Shown: in pieces, positions 56,528 to 64,000 of the stretch
Position numbering within the stretch: position 1 is the stretch's first letter
How the letters are laid out: each line of letters begins with the position of its first letter
NCBI GenBank assembly: GCA_964457835.1
Contig: CAYWGJ010000006.1
Coordinates: 402-64,401 of the forward strand
DNA: 64,000 nt
From: an uncultured Anaerolineaceae bacterium
Lineage (GTDB): Bacteria; Chloroflexota; Anaerolineae; Aggregatilineales; Phototrophicaceae
Reading direction: 5' to 3'
Made by a program: the position numbers and the translations under genes
Notes under the pieces: model-generated
The model's database searches: none
Seen by the model: only the letters and a program-made list of their open reading frames with translations
What the model was told of the DNA's origin: nothing

Positions 56528-57835
56528 ATGCAATATGAACGCCTGGTGCAGTGGGCGCGTGAACTTTGGGAAGAGCGTTATCCCGATACTGAGTATGTGA
56601 CGATCTGGGCTTCCTCGGAGTGCAGCAACATGATCGCACAGAAGTCGGTCAAGCCTGGCCGCAGGCTGCGTGGTAAGGCCACCTATGGTGGCATGTCACA
56701 TCTGGACTGTCCTGTGATTGTGCCCATCAGCGATTACGGCTCGCGGGGTAAGCGCATGGTCTTGACTTCAACATCAGGTGCGTACCGCTTTCAGTTCAAC
56801 CAGGACGACGGCGGCCATTTCGATGTGATCTATGCCAGTTCTTACTTTGACGACGATGTGCAGGACCTGACGGCTATTGCGCTCGTCCCGAAAGGCAAGC
56901 TGGATACCTGGGCAGCCTTTGAGTTCGCCTGCGCGCGGGCAGTGCGGCCACGCATCCGCCGCCGTCGAGATGTGTACATCATTGGTGGCACGGATGCTTT
57001 TTTTGATCCGACGGTGGATTGGGATGATGTGATCCTGCCTGATGACCTCAAGTCCCAGCTCATGGATGACGTTGAGGCCTTCTTTGAGGAAGGGGTAAGC
57101 ATCTACAAGCAGCTTAAGCTGGCCCCCTTCCGTAAGCTGCTGTTGGCTGGCGTGCCGGGTACCGGTAAGACGATGCTGTGTGCGGCTATGGCAAAGCACG
57201 CTATTGAACAGGGCCGCATTGTCGTGTACGTCTCTGGCTCGGACCGTGATGGCGCGACCTTTGAGAAAATTCAGCGTGCGTTTCAGGCGGTAGCAGCCGC
57301 CCGCTATCCCACACTATTGATCGTTGAAGAACTAGACGCTTATCTGCGTGGTGACGACAAAGCACGCATCCTGAACGTTTTGGATGGCATCGAGTCACCC
57401 AACAACCCGCAGGGGTCGCTGCTTCTGGCTACAACGAATTACCCTGAAGCCATTGACGAGCGCATCGTCAAGCGCCCTGGCCGCCTGGACCGCATTTTTG
57501 TCATACCCACTATCCAGAATGAAGACCAGGCTGAGCGGATGCTTCGCTACTATCTCTCTGAGCAGTGGAAAGACGAGCACGCTGAGATCGTGCCCAGTCT
57601 GTTGGATCAGCCCGGCGCATTTGTGCGCGAGGTCGCGCTGCAAGCCCGGATGCTGGCTGCCCATGAGCGGATTACTGAGGTCAACGTGGAGATGCTCAAG
57701 CAGTCGGTGGACAGCCTGCTTTATCAGATGCGTGCCGAGAAGGATTTCCTGGTGCAGCGGCGTCCGATGGGGCTGTCGCAGCGGCGCTCGAACTTTTCGC
57801 CTTTCCGCAACCGCCGCTCTGAGGACTTCGACTGA
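56528..57835 (+). CDS. Orphan classical-clade AAA+ ATPase (BCS1-like architecture) with an unrecognised ~190-aa N-terminal domain
   Basis: Walker A LLAGVPGTGKTML; Walker B TLLIVEELDA; SRH-like LLLATTNYPEAIDERIVKRPGRLDRIFVIP. The pre-ATPase segment DDVILPDDLKSQLMDDVEAFFEEGVSIYKQLKLAPFRK resembles BCS1-type linkers. Confidence 0.8.
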   Translation: MQYERLVQWARELWEERYPDTEYVTIWASSECSNMIAQKSVKPGRRLRGKATYGGMSHLDCPVIVPISDYGSRGKRMVLTSTSGAYRFQFNQDDGGHFDVIYASSYFDDDVQDLTAIALVPKGKLDTWAAFEFACARAVRPRIRRRRDVYIIGGTDAFFDPTVDWDDVILPDDLKSQLMDDVEAFFEEGVSIYKQLKLAPFRKLLLAGVPGTGKTMLCAAMAKHAIEQGRIVVYVSGSDRDGATFEKIQRAFQAVAAARYPTLLIVEELDAYLRGDDKARILNVLDGIESPNNPQGSLLLATTNYPEAIDERIVKRPGRLDRIFVIPTIQNEDQAERMLRYYLSEQWKDEHAEIVPSLLDQPGAFVREVALQARMLAAHERITEVNVEMLKQSVDSLLYQMRAEKDFLVQRRPMGLSQRRSNFSPFRNRRSEDFD

Positions 57836-57841
57836 GTTGGC

Positions 57842-59497
57842 TCAACGTGGGATGGGGCGCTTGATGATGTAGTCAAAACCGTTCATCTGGATTGTCTCGC
57901 TGATTGCGTAGTGGGTGTCGATGGCAATCAAGACTGGTTCCGGGTAGAATTGTGCCCGCAGGATGATAACGCCGAAGGCTTGGTCTTCGATCATTTGGAG
58001 CAGTTCGCTGCCGTCGTATAAGCCGCGCAGCCACACGTTCAGCAGTTGGGTCGGGTTGGTGATGACTTCACGCCCCGCAGCCAAGCTGAAGCCCGCCTCT
58101 TCGCTGAGCACGGTTTTTTCCGATGCTTGGATGATCTGCACAATGCGCCAGCCAGCGTCGATGTCTGTCTGCGTGGTCAGGTGACCGATGTCCGCGTAGC
58201 CGCCTGCGATGCGACCCGCGGAATCGTAGAAACCGTTCAGTGCGTTGGGCTGGATGTCCAGCACATCCGCGATCTGCGAGAAGACCGGGCCAGTGGTGGG
58301 CATGTGCAGCACAGCGCGCCCATAGCCGATATACAGCAGTGGGATCACAATCAGCCCGACGGTGGCTAAGGGGGGAGCTAATCGGTGAAGCGGCTGTACG
58401 AACAGTCGCGTATAAGGGTTCGTTTCTGGGAAGCCCCAGGCGCGGCTGAGCGTTCGCGCGGCGAAGATACCGCTGAGAATGCTCATGCCAGCAATTGATG
58501 TGGCGAAATAGCTGTCACCACCGCCCCAGGTGCCCGATGATGCCCCGCCCAGCAGCGTCGTCACGATGAACCACACGCTGTAGAGTGACAGCCGGTCGAA
58601 ATACAACTCGTAAACCACCAGCAGCATCGCCGGGATCAGCAAGAACCCGTGCAGACTGAACCACAGTCGGAAGAGGCCCTCTACTTGCGGGAATCGCGTC
58701 TGGTTGACGTTGGCGAGAATGGCCTGCACCCACCACTGACCGTCAGTCGCCCAGGTCATCCAAGCGAAGATGGCCGCGCCGACAACCGCGAAGCCGACGC
58801 CCCACACCACCGCACGGCGCGGATTGCGTAGGAACATCCAGCCCAGGGCGGCGATAGCCGAAAAGGCTGCGAGCTGCTTGGTATAGCCCGCAATGATGAG
58901 CAGGCCTAAGGCCAGCGCAATGGCGCGCCGTCGTCGTCCACGGTTTTCGATATCCAGCGCGAAGGCTAAGATAACTACTGCCAGCGTTTCGAACATCACC
59001 ATGGTCATGTGCTGACGCACTAGTGGCCCGATGTGGTATATCACGTTAGAAGCCAGGAAAGCCAATGCGGATACCAGTGCGATCCACCGATGCCCACCAT
59101 AGCCGCGCCGTTGTCCATCGCGATACACCGCGTAGCCAATGGCCCAGGCAGTGACCAGTGTCCCTAAGAATCCCAGCAGCCGCCCGTACCAGTATGCTGG
59201 ACCGAATACCCATACAAACGGTACGGCCATCAGGTGAAAAACTGGCGGGTAATTGCTGGCATAGAAGGGATAAGTCTCTACGTCTTGGTAGGGCCACTGT
59301 CCCTGGCTGAACATGATTGTATCGACCAGCTCAAAGCCTTCTCCCTGGTCGTAGTCGAAGGGGAAGGCCATCAGGTTCAGGGCGTAGACCACGTAGACGA
59401 TGAAGTAGAAGCTCAGCAGCAGCAGCCCTACGCCCATCAACAGGTGATGGGTCGTGCGTAGCACAGCAGGGGCTGGGGGCAGTGTCGTATCCGTCAT
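57842..59497 (-). CDS. Polytopic membrane protein, probable GT-C glycosyltransferase (ArnT/PMT_2-like)
   Basis: More than 10 predicted TM helices. Acidic first-loop motif FPFDYDQGEGFELVD. C-terminal ~150-aa soluble domain. The call is from architecture and motif only. Confidence 0.55.
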   Translation of the reverse strand: MTDTTLPPAPAVLRTTHHLLMGVGLLLLSFYFIVYVVYALNLMAFPFDYDQGEGFELVDTIMFSQGQWPYQDVETYPFYASNYPPVFHLMAVPFVWVFGPAYWYGRLLGFLGTLVTAWAIGYAVYRDGQRRGYGGHRWIALVSALAFLASNVIYHIGPLVRQHMTMVMFETLAVVILAFALDIENRGRRRRAIALALGLLIIAGYTKQLAAFSAIAALGWMFLRNPRRAVVWGVGFAVVGAAIFAWMTWATDGQWWVQAILANVNQTRFPQVEGLFRLWFSLHGFLLIPAMLLVVYELYFDRLSLYSVWFIVTTLLGGASSGTWGGGDSYFATSIAGMSILSGIFAARTLSRAWGFPETNPYTRLFVQPLHRLAPPLATVGLIVIPLLYIGYGRAVLHMPTTGPVFSQIADVLDIQPNALNGFYDSAGRIAGGYADIGHLTTQTDIDAGWRIVQIIQASEKTVLSEEAGFSLAAGREVITNPTQLLNVWLRGLYDGSELLQMIEDQAFGVIILRAQFYPEPVLIAIDTHYAISETIQMNGFDYIIKRPIPR

Positions 59498-59500
59498 GGC

Positions 59501-59719
59501 TTATGCGGGGTCATCCCCCAGTGGAATGAGCGTTGCGCCGAGGAGCGCTGCCACGATCATCAGGACGAGGGCAAGCCGTTGTGCCGGGCCAACACCGCCT
59601 GCGCTGCCAGTGATCGCGTCAAGCAGCAGCAGGCCAACCGCGCCTAATCCACCACCGATGAACAGCACTAAACCGAGTATGCGCTTACTGAAGGTGAAGT
59701 CATCGCGTACAAATCTCAT
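59501..59719 (-). CDS. Small 2-TM membrane protein (72 aa)
   Basis: Two hydrophobic helices (ILGLVLFIGGGLGAVGLLLL; LALVLMIVAALLGATLI). Its stop lies 4 nt before the downstream GT-C-like gene. Confidence 0.5.
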   Translation of the reverse strand: MRFVRDDFTFSKRILGLVLFIGGGLGAVGLLLLDAITGSAGGVGPAQRLALVLMIVAALLGATLIPLGDDPA

Positions 59720-59759
59720 GGCGCGGCATTATAGCACAGAATAGCGAACGACCAACGCA

Positions 59760-60737
59760 CTATTCTTCGGCGTTGGTTTCGCTGGGTAAGCCATCGCCAT
59801 CAATCAGCGTGGCCAGCCTGCGAATTTTGCTGCCCGTTTCCTGCCAGCTTATCTCGCTGAGGCCCAGCTTTTTGCGGATGGTATCGTCATCTATGCCCCG
59901 GCGATGATCCTGGACAGCACTGCTCCAGCGCAGTACCTCAAAGGACAGTTTGAAGGGCAGGTCGGCAGCTTGACCAATGTCGCTGAGGATGTATTCTAGG
60001 TTGCGCGCGGTACAGGTGAAAAGTGTGTCTGCGATCTGATACTGCGCCAGGTAGCGGTCCAGTACGGGCAGCCAGCCAGGGTCCAGAGGGATGCTGCGCT
60101 CCTTAAAGACGTTGCGTACTTTGCCTTTGACCACAAGCACAGGCGCGTCTGGGTCCGTGCGCTGCACGTCGTCGCGGGTGAGGCGCATTGCTTCGCCCTT
60201 CTTGATGCCTGTATCCAGGATCAGACGCAGCAGCATCTCCGGGCGGGTGTCAATCTCGTCATTGCGGCGGCGCAGGCGTATCTGGCGGCTGGCGTAAAGC
60301 ACGGCGCGCACCTGGTCATCGTCCAAGGCATGAGAAAGCGGGGCCTGCCCGGAGCGCTGGAGGACCGCTTCTGCTGGATCATGGGGCAGGGCACCCAACT
60401 CGTGCAGCCACTTAAAGTAGACCTTCAGCGTAGTCACACGCCGCGCATAGGTCTTGCGGCTGCATGGTACGCCACGCCCGACCTCGATCCAGCGCATAAA
60501 AGCGTCCAGGTCGCGTGTGCTGAGCGTGCCTATAGATACGTTCTCGCCATGGTATTCAGCCAGCAGCTTTAGGTCGGACCGGAAGGATTTTTGCGTGTTT
60601 TCCGACTTGCCTTCGGCTTGTAGGTGGGCGATAAAAAACTCAATAGTGTGTTTGAGCGCCGTGCCTTGGTGAATCTCTTCCGGGCGCTGTGGCTGGGGGA
60701 AAAGGGGAAGCTGTCGAAGGTCGTTTGCCCGTTCCAT
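59760..60737 (-). CDS. Tyrosine-recombinase (XerC/D, phage-integrase) homologue with degenerate catalytic residues
   Basis: SAM-like N-terminal domain FIAHLQAEGKSENTQKSFRSDLKLLAEYHG. The C-terminal domain aligns by eye to XerD, but with TGIKKGEAMRL (Arg->Lys), SFEVLRW (His->Glu), LGLSE (His->Leu) and no Tyr where the nucleophile is expected. Confidence 0.7.
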   Translation of the reverse strand: MERANDLRQLPLFPQPQRPEEIHQGTALKHTIEFFIAHLQAEGKSENTQKSFRSDLKLLAEYHGENVSIGTLSTRDLDAFMRWIEVGRGVPCSRKTYARRVTTLKVYFKWLHELGALPHDPAEAVLQRSGQAPLSHALDDDQVRAVLYASRQIRLRRRNDEIDTRPEMLLRLILDTGIKKGEAMRLTRDDVQRTDPDAPVLVVKGKVRNVFKERSIPLDPGWLPVLDRYLAQYQIADTLFTCTARNLEYILSDIGQAADLPFKLSFEVLRWSSAVQDHRRGIDDDTIRKKLGLSEISWQETGSKIRRLATLIDGDGLPSETNAEE

Positions 60738-60741
60738 ATAC

Positions 60742-61590
60742 TTACTCTACCTGTCTTTCCCGCCGCTTGCGGGTCTCTGTATATTTGCCCTTGGTCAGCG
60801 TTTCCGCCTCGGCTTGTTCCGCTGGCGTTAGTGTGCTGGAGTGCGTGTCGAAGCGTAGGTCGAAAGCCTCGGCAAAGCCTTGTGCAAGGGCGTCAGCGGC
60901 CTGGCCCCAGTCAACTACATGACCAAGCGCTTCTTGCAGTGTAACCGCTCGCGCGCGAACCTGCATACGGGCCGATTCGCGCCCAGCCTCATCAGGATAC
61001 TGTAGGGCGTCACAGATGCGTGCCAAGTCCCCGCTGAGGGGTAGGGTGCCGTGCTGAAGTAGGGCATCACGCCGCCGCATCTGGGCGCTGCCAATGAGTT
61101 TGCGCCCACCGGCGGTGATCTCATAATGCGAGGGCACTTCAAAGCAGACGGCCCCCGCGCGCGCTTTGGGAGCGTCCATGCGGCGGGACTGTGGTTGTAG
61201 GCCGAGCAGCTCCAGGGCATGCATCAAGCCGGTGCTGATGCGCTGATAGCTGGCGATGATGTCACCCTCTGCCAGTGGGTCATCGCCAGGGACAGCTAAG
61301 CTGTAGGTCAGCTCCTCGGTATGCAGGATGGCCTTGCCCCCTGTAGGACGGCGTACCAGGTCCCAGCCTCGCGCATTGATTCGCGTTAGGTCGGCATCTG
61401 TGCTAGTTTGAGCGTAGCCTAAGCTCAAACAGGGCGGGGACCAGGCATACAGTCGCAGGGTGGGCGGTGAGTCGCCACGCTGCACTGCGTTGAGTATGGC
61501 TTCATCAACTGCCATATTCCGCAGGCCGTTCATCGGGTCATGGTAGATCAAGCGCCATTGACGTGACATGCGCAGCCTTCTTATACTCAT
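60742..61590 (-). CDS. Lipoate-protein ligase / octanoyltransferase family protein (BPL_LplA_LipB domain)
   Basis: NMAVDEAILNAV......TLRLY.W.PPCLSLGY.Q; VRRPTGGKAILH; GRKLIGSAQ. Confidence 0.8.
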   Translation of the reverse strand: MSIRRLRMSRQWRLIYHDPMNGLRNMAVDEAILNAVQRGDSPPTLRLYAWSPPCLSLGYAQTSTDADLTRINARGWDLVRRPTGGKAILHTEELTYSLAVPGDDPLAEGDIIASYQRISTGLMHALELLGLQPQSRRMDAPKARAGAVCFEVPSHYEITAGGRKLIGSAQMRRRDALLQHGTLPLSGDLARICDALQYPDEAGRESARMQVRARAVTLQEALGHVVDWGQAADALAQGFAEAFDLRFDTHSSTLTPAEQAEAETLTKGKYTETRKRRERQVE

Positions 61591-61650
61591 TCTTTGCGCA
61601 AATGGGGTATTATTCCCGTTTGTATCCCGTATTCTATCATCTAGCGAGAC

Positions 61651-62922
61651 GTGATGCAGGACAGCGATCAGCAGCAGCAGGGGCCGCAGATTTTCCGGGC
61701 CAGTGATTATACACGCGGTGATGATGATCCTCGACGCTTAGGACAGCCTATTGCGCGGGAAAGCAGCTCGCCACCGCCTCCACCCGCCCTCAGCCGTGAC
61801 TCAGCGGCGCGGGAACGGATGCGACGACGGCGCGTTAAGGGACAGCGCACGGGGGGCGAGTGGGCATGGGTCATCATCGCTGCCGCGCTTCTGGGGGTTG
61901 TGGTGACCATCAGCTTGGGCTTGGCCTTGTTGGTCCGTGGGACGCAAAGCAGCGACGCTGTGCTGGCCGCTGATTCGATGCGCGACAGTGATGATTTTAG
62001 TCTGCTGCCTACTCCTGTAGACATGCGGCGCGCTTATCTGCCGGGCCTGGGCTTCGATCGCGTGGTGTTGGATGATGGCACTGAGGTCGTTTTAGACCCT
62101 TGGGATGGGCAGGGGCGTCTCACCGTACTGGTCATGGGCTTGGATCGCCGCCCGGATCAAGACGGCCTGGCTTTCCGCACCGATACCCTACTGCTGCTGA
62201 GCTTGGACACGGCTAGCGATGACATCGGCGTGCTGAGCATCCCGCGTGACCTCTGGGTCAATGTGCCGGGCTATGGGCTGCGCCGTATTAATGAGCCGAT
62301 GGTGTTAGGTGAACTGCGCGAGGTGGGCTATGGTCCGACCCTGGCTATGGAAACGGTACAGCTCAACTTCGGCATCCGGGTCAACCATTATGTGGCCGTG
62401 GACTTTCGCGCCTTTATCACCATTGTGGATGCGGTGGGAGGCGTCGGGGTGGAAACGGATTACAGTATCAACGACCGTACCTATCCCAGCATGAACTACG
62501 GCTATGACCCCTTCTATTTGCCAGCAGGTCAACATGTGTTGGATGGCGAGACCGCGTTGAAGTTTGCCCGTACTCGCCACGGTGACAGCGACATCGAGCG
62601 TGGTGAACGGCAGCAGCAGGTGATCTTCGGCATTCTAGATAAGGTGGCCGATCCTGCCAATTTGCCCAATTTGCTGCTCAAAGTGCCGGACATTTGGGCA
62701 GCGCTGGACGGCAACTTTTACACCGACTTGTCGCTGGACCAAATGATTTCATTGGGGTTGTACGTCAAGGACATTCCGCGCGATCAGATCAAAACCGGTG
62801 GTGTGAGCTACCGTGAGGTGTCGTCTTACACCACACCCAGCGGTGCGCAGGTACTCATCCCGGTACGCAGCCGTTTGTCAGTCTTGATGGCCGAGGTCTT
62901 TGGCGAGAACTACAGTCAATAA
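61651..62922 (+). CDS. LytR-CpsA-Psr (LCP) family cell-envelope phosphotransferase
   Basis: Cytoplasmic Pro-rich N-terminus, one TM helix (WAWVIIAAALLGVVVTISLGLALLV). LCP core VLVMGLDRR...RTDTLLLLSLD...LSIPRDLWVNVPG...INEPM; ARTRHGDSDIERGERQQQV. Confidence 0.88.
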   Translation: MMQDSDQQQQGPQIFRASDYTRGDDDPRRLGQPIARESSSPPPPPALSRDSAARERMRRRRVKGQRTGGEWAWVIIAAALLGVVVTISLGLALLVRGTQSSDAVLAADSMRDSDDFSLLPTPVDMRRAYLPGLGFDRVVLDDGTEVVLDPWDGQGRLTVLVMGLDRRPDQDGLAFRTDTLLLLSLDTASDDIGVLSIPRDLWVNVPGYGLRRINEPMVLGELREVGYGPTLAMETVQLNFGIRVNHYVAVDFRAFITIVDAVGGVGVETDYSINDRTYPSMNYGYDPFYLPAGQHVLDGETALKFARTRHGDSDIERGERQQQVIFGILDKVADPANLPNLLLKVPDIWAALDGNFYTDLSLDQMISLGLYVKDIPRDQIKTGGVSYREVSSYTTPSGAQVLIPVRSRLSVLMAEVFGENYSQ

Positions 62923-62939
62923 AGGGGTTGGATACACAA

Positions 62940-62971
62940 AGGCGGCACACAAGGATATTTGTGTGCCGCCT
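62940..62971 (+). terminator. Strong hairpin after the LCP gene
   Basis: AGGCGGCACACAA (62940-62952) pairs with TTGTGTGCCGCCT (62959-62971), 13 bp with a 6-nt loop. No U-tract follows (GTATGAG). Confidence 0.5.
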
Positions 62972-63205
62972 GTATGAGAACACCCCGCCATGCCGTGTGA
63001 ACACTGCTATTTGAACCTGCTTTCGCAGGTGGGCCGCTCGCCGGTGTCTTGGTCTCAGCCGCGCAGGCATATCACCTTGACGCCCGCATGTCGCCGCCCT
63101 TCGTGAGGGTGTTGGCTCAAATACGTCATGCCATCACGCGCACAGCAGGTGAATTGTTTATAGCAGAGCGCATCCCGCCTGTAAACCCTGATCTCTTACT
63201 CATTT

Positions 63206-63631
63206 TCACGCGCCTGCATCGCCAATGAGCGTTGCTTCATCGATGCCCCAGATGCGCGGCGTGGTAAATTCCAGGCTGTTCCCGGCGGGGTCGCGGAAGT
63301 ACAGCGACTCACCACGATCCCCCCAAGTGTATCTCTGCTCAATGGGCACATTGTGCTTTTCCAGATGCGCGCGCCATGCCGCCAGCGACTCCTGCGTCAC
63401 ACCAAAGGCCGCGTGTCCGGGGCCGGTTGCGCCGTGTGCCGGGACTTCTCCGCCTTGTGCAGACACTGCTGCTACGAAGATCAGCAGCATCTGCGCACCA
63501 CAGCGGTAGAAGACGTGCCGACCGTTCACCCGCGACACCTCGTGCAGCCCCAGCACCTGGCTGTAAAACTGCGCGGCGGCGTCCAGGTCATCGACGTATA
63601 GACAGGTTTCCAGAACATTCGTAACCTGCAT
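63206..63631 (-). CDS. VOC-family (glyoxalase/bleomycin-resistance/dioxygenase fold) protein
   Basis: MQVTNVLETCLYVDDLDAAAQFYSQVLGL...HAAFGV...L.FRDPAGNSLEF. ATG 63631 is preferred; the ORF-track GTG 63676 would overlap aspS. Confidence 0.75.
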   Translation of the reverse strand: MQVTNVLETCLYVDDLDAAAQFYSQVLGLHEVSRVNGRHVFYRCGAQMLLIFVAAVSAQGGEVPAHGATGPGHAAFGVTQESLAAWRAHLEKHNVPIEQRYTWGDRGESLYFRDPAGNSLEFTTPRIWGIDEATLIGDAGA

Positions 63632-63638
63632 GGTGCGG

Positions 63639-64000
63639 CTACTCGCTGTCCTCTGTGGATTCTGCGTCTGCGTCACTTGCCGGCAGCACTACTTGGATGT
63701 GCAGTTCCTCAAGCTGACCCGGCTCCGGCGCAGAGGGGGCATGTGCCATGGCATCCCCGCCGGCCTGGGTCTTGGGGAAGGCGATCACTTCGCGGATGTT
63801 AGGTGCCCCAGCGAAGAGCATCACCAGGCGGTCAATGCCCCAGGCGATGCCGCCATGCGGGGGTACGCCGTACTCAAAAGCCTCCAGGATGTGTCCGAAC
63901 TGCTCGCGGGCGTGTTCAATCGTCTGCCCGATGAGCGGGAAAATCTTTTCTTGCATCTCGCGCTGATGGATGCGAATGCTGCCCCCCGCGATTTCGTAGC
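63639..64000 (-). CDS. aspS: Aspartyl-tRNA synthetase, C-terminal part (5' end beyond the window)
   Basis: Class II motif-3 region: [37 protein letters not shown]. The frame is open to the window end, and there is an acidic C-terminal tail. Confidence 0.88.
   Translation of the reverse strand, partial: YEIAGGSIRIHQREMQEKIFPLIGQTIEHAREQFGHILEAFEYGVPPHGGIAWGIDRLVMLFAGAPNIREVIAFPKTQAGGDAMAHAPSAPEPGQLEELHIQVVLPASDADAESTEDSE

Noticed and set aside
59760-60737. Integrase gene as a marker of a prophage or integrative element
   Set aside because: There is no adjacent tRNA, no flanking direct repeats that I could find, and no phage, conjugation or excisionase genes. The gene sits within a tight housekeeping-type gene string, and its catalytic residues look degenerate.
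63639-63676. Apparent 38-nt overlap between aspS and the VOC gene
   Set aside because: It is an artefact of the ORF-track GTG start. Using ATG 63631 (MQVTNVLETCLYVDDLD) gives a normal VOC N-terminus and removes the overlap.
1-64000. Looked for tRNA (T-loop GGTTCGAATCC-like), rRNA, CRISPR repeat arrays, IS/transposase genes and toxin-antitoxin pairs
   Set aside because: None was seen in the intergenic regions or the ORF track. The closest T-loop-like string (GCGGTCGAATCG near 36280) lacks the rest of a tRNA cloverleaf. A proper tRNAscan-SE/Infernal run would be needed to exclude small RNAs.

Overview
This is a GC-rich bacterial chromosomal segment made up mostly of core genes. I saw no rRNA, tRNA, CRISPR array, transposase or obvious prophage by eye. 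The backbone is a ribosomal-protein superoperon split into two blocks. One is rpmJ-rpsM-rpsK-rpoA-rplQ-truA-rplM-rpsI at about 20.7-24.9 kb. The other is rpsL-rpsG-fusA-tuf-rpsJ...rplO-secY, followed by adk-map, at about 36.4-53.6 kb. Neither infA nor rpsD is in the window. Other recognisable content:
- partial pdxS and partial aspS at the two edges;
- a compact cheW-mcp-cheA/receiver chemosensory module directly upstream of a 1348-aa membrane protein that reads as a YfhO-like GT-C glycosyltransferase fused to a Wzx/MOP flippase;
- a four-subunit 2-oxoacid:ferredoxin oxidoreductase operon, and comM followed by a TIR-domain protein;
- an SGNH-hydrolase/OmpR/histidine-kinase operon, a PBP2-type transpeptidase, treS and an HDAC-family deacetylase;
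- an orphan BCS1-like AAA+ ATPase;
- an operon-like string of lipoate ligase, an integrase-like protein with degenerate catalytic residues, a small membrane protein and an ArnT/PMT-like GT-C;
- an LCP-family protein.

Envelope features (YfhO, LCP, YabN-type MazG fusion, type-Z S14, rplQ-truA-rplM-rpsI linkage) suggest a monoderm/Terrabacteria-type lineage, possibly Chloroflexota. That assignment is inference only.

The most unusual items are the YfhO-Wzx fusion next to the chemosensory module, the lone TIR protein, the catalytically degenerate recombinase homologue, the orphan AAA+ ATPase, and several structured non-coding spacers in the ribosomal operons. All family calls come from reading the translations. 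Start codons and hairpins were chosen by eye, and no searches or folding calculations were run.
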